A stretch of 57,009 bases of DNA from Catajapyx aquilonaris (Eukaryota): contig KZ538639.1 of the NCBI GenBank assembly GCA_000934665.2, positions 1 through 57,009 on the forward strand. The letters are read 5' to 3'. The notes under the pieces are model-generated. The model worked only from the letters and a program-made list of their open reading frames with translations. It had not been told where the DNA came from and did no database searches. The position numbers and the translations under genes were made by a program. Within the stretch, counting starts at the first letter, position 1. Each line of letters begins with the position of its first letter. Below are positions 51,806 through 57,009 of this stretch, piece after piece.

Positions 51806-54800
51806 GCGTCGACCCAACATAACATGGGAGAGAGAGGGGGGAGAGGGGGAGAGATAGAGACAGGCACGTTGGGCTTTTCCCGGGGAAAAGGGCAGGGGCA
51901 AATGTGCCCGCAGACACTTGTGGGGCCCGGACACAGACTGCGCTCTCCGCCGAGGTGCCAACTGCCGACCAACATTTTCTATCGCGACCATACCATGCAG
52001 AAGCACGGCCACCTGCAACCCCTATTCGCTTGCCACTCACACGTCCGGGCCTTGCACGGTTGGGACTTGCAACGCAGGTATGGGTACAAATCGGTGGGGA
52101 AGGAACCGGGGGGATTTTTGGAGTGTGGGCTACTTTTGGGGAGGGCACCTGTTGGGGGAGGGGGGGGGGTGACTTAACCTGCACAATGTAGGTCTTGAAG
52201 TAGGAGGTTGTACACAGGTGTGAATAAATTATTCGAGCACTATGGTCTGCTAACTTTGTTGCTGCTGTTCTCCTCTTTTTGATAATGTATCCTTACATAG
52301 GTGATTCACCTTGGGAGCAGGTGTGTCATAATCATTCAGTCAAACTTCTGGGGTGGACTTCAGGGCTCTAAAGGACCACTTCATGATTGTGAAGTTGTCA
52401 TTTGGTTTCTGCATGATTGGTATTGGGGAAATTTTCATTATTCAAGTAGTGTATTGGGTCATAATACAGTCGCGGATGCAACCTGAAACTTCAATAATTG
52501 CCTCGGGCATTGCCAGGTAGGGTACTCTTGATGAAATATCGTGTACAATTTAAAATGCGTGGCAATATCTAAATATTAAATGGCAATGGCAACATACCGA
52601 GGAGGGACGGCATATTTCCCAGGATATTTTATGCCTTGTCCACCTCGGTAACGAGAGGGTCAAACCAAATGACGCCCTTACATAAAGAAGCCACTGCTTT
52701 TTTAAAAATGTATTGTACAATCCACTGATATTCTCTATCTATATTTTACAACTACATTTTATTTTTATGGGGAAACTCTAGTAGGCCTACTTGCTTTTTC
52801 ACTTTTTCAATTTTTCTATAAGAAGATGCAAGTGGTGAGAAGAGGGTATAAGCGCGGCAATGGTGTTTAATTGCATTACAAACATAGGGTTCTGTAAGCT
52901 TTAAAGCAATAATTAAGTTACTTTAAAACTTACAAAATTCATATCTACGCCTCTGGCAGGGACCCTGACATTGCCAAAACTTCATAAATGACCCTAATGC
53001 CCCCATCCCCGCCTACGCCCTTGCATATACAGCAATTCACTCTCTACACTGCAGGTAAACTGTCTGAAGTAAAACCCTAGTTGCTAAAAATATATAAATG
53101 CCCCAGTCATCGTACTTAAGTACTAACGGCAGAATCAGTGACCGCTATATTGAGGTTAAAAAGTGTAAAGTGTAAAGTAAATTATGCTGCCTCATCCTTA
53201 TTTTCTAGACTTTATTTTCATGGCAATAAATCATTTCCATGTAGTGTCACACACGAACTATATATTCTTCTTACAACACTCCACATCGGACAGCTTGGAA
53301 TAGCCGAGGTACTCATACGTAGCAAATTGTACTGTACTGGCCTCATTGCCAAACGGGCTTAAAGTTTCATCCTGGAAGATAGATCTCCCGTCAACAGGAA
53401 AGAGTGGCGGGTGCAGATGAAGAGTCAGGATAAACAAGATTAGGCCACTGCATCACACCGGTATACTCGGATGTGTAGGTTATACTGCTGTTGGATGCAT
53501 ATGCGAGCTGGCATGAACTGCAAGAGAAGTCATGCGAAGCTGGTGTCTATTCTAAGGCCGAATTGCATGGGTTGGAACAGAGGTCATGGCACGTATTTTC
53601 AACTTGAACACTTCAGCCTTTACACCGATACAAATTTGTCTCCAAGACCTTTCTCAACCGATTGGAAAACTATTGAATGTTATTTGTATTGTTACGATGG
53701 TTTCACACCTGCCAGAAATCGTGCTGCTCCCTGCATGGCGCACTTCAGGTAGCCTCTGACTGTGAAACGATTCCTACATGGATTTCTGGTTCTTTCACCT
53801 TAGGAAAGAGGTCAAAGACAGACGCTGTAGGTCATGCCAATTATTGTGAGCATTTTCCAATGTTGTTTTCATTATTTTTCGCGTTGTTTAGGTCGAAGGC
53901 AGGTGTGGAGTAGTGTCGTTCCTGTTGTTTTTTTTTTCTCAGCGTTGTTTGCAAAACTGGTGTCACCCTTTTGTAACCTGAGGTAGAACCAGGAAGATAG
54001 CAATAAAATAATATAAAGCGTGTAATAACATGTTCCAGTCTCGTTAGTTTCGGCATGGGCGGTGGAGGGTGCGTATCGTTCTTGCGGCGTTCTTTTCTAA
54101 GTTCGGATCCTCTTTTTATGAAATCAGATTGAACCTGGGACAAGGTATAAACCGACAAATAATAATTCATCATTGTAAAGGCTCAGTCATTCGAATAACA
54201 TACACGTGGCATGACCTCTGTTCCCACCCATGCACTATGCGTAACTGTCGGCTTCAAGTCATAAATTACAGCGTGCAACTTAAATTAGCCTTCAATTCCA
54301 TTATCATTAGTAATACACAAGATATTATGTACTATATTGGTCCTAATAGTTAAGACAATTTTCAATTCAAATTCAGCAAAATACCCCCCCTCCATGGTAG
54401 GCCTATACTAAACAACAGCAGATGTCTAGATCCCTTGTTGATGGATTATTAGGTGTGAATGATATACAGTATTCCATATGTGGCCAATGCTTTAAAAATC
54501 AGTATTCCCACCGTGCACAGTAATTAAGCACTCCATTCTAAAATGATGTAGAGTATACTGTATATAGTATATTGGGATTAGAATATGTCAAAATTAATCG
54601 CCATACCTGCAGTAATTCCAGGAGTTACTGACCACTCGATATATCGTTACAGTGTCATCGTCCGACCAAGCTAATTTTTATGTTTATTTCAGGCTTATTA
54701 ATGCGCGTCTATAAATAGTTTCTCAAAAGTATTTTTGTGGCCAATGTGCAGCTTATAATTATATTTTTCTGTTAGTACATCACAAAACAAAATAAGTTCA

Positions 54801-56122
54801 ACTAAAATAATTATAAACATGTTGGCCTTGAAGAGTCACTTCAGAGTTTAATAAAAGTTTCCTATTAAATGAAGGAGCATGAATTTACGGAGCAAGAATA
54901 AGATCACTGAATGATGTTTACATCCATTTATAGTACGTAGCCCTACTTATCAAATGAAAACACCAATTGTGACACTAGTAATCATAATTGGAATAAGGGA
55001 ATGAACAGCTGAAATTTTCAAAAATAGTCACGATGCAGATAAATCTGGTTCTTATGCTGCATAGGACATGACATCAAAATTATTTTCCATTATGATGTAA
55101 GCAAGCTGTCTTCCAAATTTACATTAATTGATGTCTTCATCACTGACACGATAAATGCTATGCCCACATTGTCCGTATCATCTACATCAAAATTTCTGAC
55201 CTAGATCCTTTTTCACTCACCAAATCCCTGCGCTGCCATCGTCGGACAATAGTCAATCTGCAAGAAACAACAGCAACAATTTCAGACATCAATATTGTGC
55301 AATCTCACTAAGAAAGTGACATATAAGCTTGCATGCATCCCAATCTGGCCTCCTGCAATATCCGTCCCATATTAATCGGCACTTATATCCAGCAGAGCAT
55401 GCCTTTGGCGACGAGCATATCACAACCAGGCTGCGGCAAGAAGTTTGCTCATTTTTGTAGGCCTGGACATGCAGCGTTGGCCCCTAGGCCATATTAGGCG
55501 TGGGCAGGCATCAGGCCTTGTGTGTGTGCTGGGATAGGCCAGCCAGCCAGCAGGAGAGTAGGGGCCATCGCCAGCAGTTGCCATCGCAGGATTTTCATGA
55601 GCGAGAGGTGCGCCCTTATGATTAGGAACTGCCGGCTATTAGCCGCCCCCAGTTCCGATATTTCGCCGGCACAAGCAGCCAGCGCCAGCGGGGCCACAAT
55701 TGGACGCCACCCGCACCCGTAATCCAACTGCCTTGCCCCCATATCAAAGGCCTGGCCTCTCTTTTATTCCCAGAGTCCCTGCAGCAGGTTCCAACAACCC
55801 AGCCAGCTAGTCCCATCCCCCAATGCCACTTAGAATGTGAGCAGAGCAAAAGAACTGCCCCATAGCACCCCACAAACCACCAAACAAACCCTTTTCGCTA
55901 CGGCTCTTTTGTGGATGCTGCCGTTGCATATACGTTTCCAAAATCAGGATTCCGGATTATATTCTTCAAATGGTTACCGCCCTTTTTGCACCCGTTTCCG
56001 ACCCTGAATATCGCCCCGGTGTAAATATAGCACTGCCGCTATACATAAAAGGTTACACTAGAGATTGCTTTTTTGGAGTGTATAGGACGGTTATAATCAA
56101 AATTATACTCATCATTGCCATG

Positions 56123-56197
56123 TAACGATGTAACGATGTAAAAATGTCCCAGATTATATGATATAATCTGGGACATTTTTACATCGTTACATCGTTA
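56123..56197. repeat. Perfect inverted repeat, 37-bp arms, 1-nt spacer
   Basis: taacgatgtaacgatgtaaaaatgtcccagattatat-g-atataatctgggacatttttacatcgttacatcgtta; arms checked base by base. Confidence 0.98.
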
Positions 56198-56704
56198 GTT
56201 AAAATTTCAGATGTGACCGACAGCTATATTCACGCGGTTATATGTATTTGGGTTCGAATTCCGACACTAATCAGCATGACTTTTTTTTTAAACCGTTCAA
56301 TTCCGGCAACGTTTATTTCTACCTCCCCCCCCCTCCCCTCCTTAGAAGAGCCTACTCTTCGGCACTAAGCTGTTTATTTTAAGCAATTACTATTGCACAC
56401 TTCATTTCAGTATTGCAGTAGTAGCTGATAACATTAGTCCGAATTGACTCATCTGTCCAAGCTACAAAACGCAATGGATTCCCGATTGTAAATAGAACAA
56501 TAATAATACAGGCATACAAAATCAACAATAGAGATCCTAGTTTTGTCCGCCAAACCTCGGCCAAACCCTACTGTATGATTCAAAAATGATGGGTCTACAA
56601 AATATTAGCCTCTAACAACTTTTGATATATAGGCCTACATACTTTTGATGGCAGGTGTCGGACTTGCTGATTGATCACTTTTAACTCACAGATGGTATCT
56701 GGGC

Positions 56705-56740
56705 TGATTGATTTGATTGATTGATTGATTGATTGATTGA
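56705..56740. repeat. (TGAT)n microsatellite
   Basis: tgattgatttgattgattgattgattgattgattga; read directly. Confidence 0.92.
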
Positions 56741-57009
56741 CTAAAATATTTTAAAATTTCACCTCTCTCGTTAATAAGTATTCCTCCCAGCTGTTTTGGA
56801 CCGCTACTTGGGTACTGGCCCGCCCATCCTCGGCTGCAGCAATTCAACTCTTCCCCGCGAATGATTGTAATTTTAGCGATTTTCGTCGCTAAGGTGTACG
56901 GAAGAGATCCCTTAAAGGTCGCTTCACAAACTCGGCGTTGCGAAAGCGGGGCGAAATGCCCGTTTTACAAACCCGGATTTGCGCGAGCGGGGCGTGCGGA
57001 GAGCGGAAA

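Noticed and set aside
51577..52191. Stack of overlapping ORFs with RE/SL repeats
   Set aside because: Explained by the stop-free (TC)26 microsatellite and GC-rich flanks.

Overview
This window looks like animal non-coding DNA, not prokaryotic DNA. The longest ORF in 57 kb is 184 aa. I could not recognise any protein family, homeobox, rRNA, tRNA, CRISPR array or transposase/RT ORF. The sequence alternates between AT-rich spacers and GC/CpG-rich patches. It carries many Pbx-Hox (TGATTTAT), Cdx/posterior-Hox (TTTATGG), Meis and octamer motifs, one canonical DR5 retinoic-acid response element (47707-47723) and CTCF-like sites. I infer a developmental cis-regulatory landscape, possibly Hox-cluster-like intergenic DNA of an invertebrate chordate such as amphioxus; neither taxon nor locus can be proven from the window alone. 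The most notable structures are: a minus-strand hairpin whose 5' arm starts with miR-10 nt 1-10 (1030-1103); a perfect 37-bp-arm palindrome (56123-56197); a 30-bp-period ATTGG/ACGTAAC array (31738-31844); a phased AAAACGG array with hAT-like ends (7512-7782); and two possibly decayed minus-strand exons flanking the DR5. Motif counts were made by eye and expected values are rough hand estimates. No database search or folding program was run.
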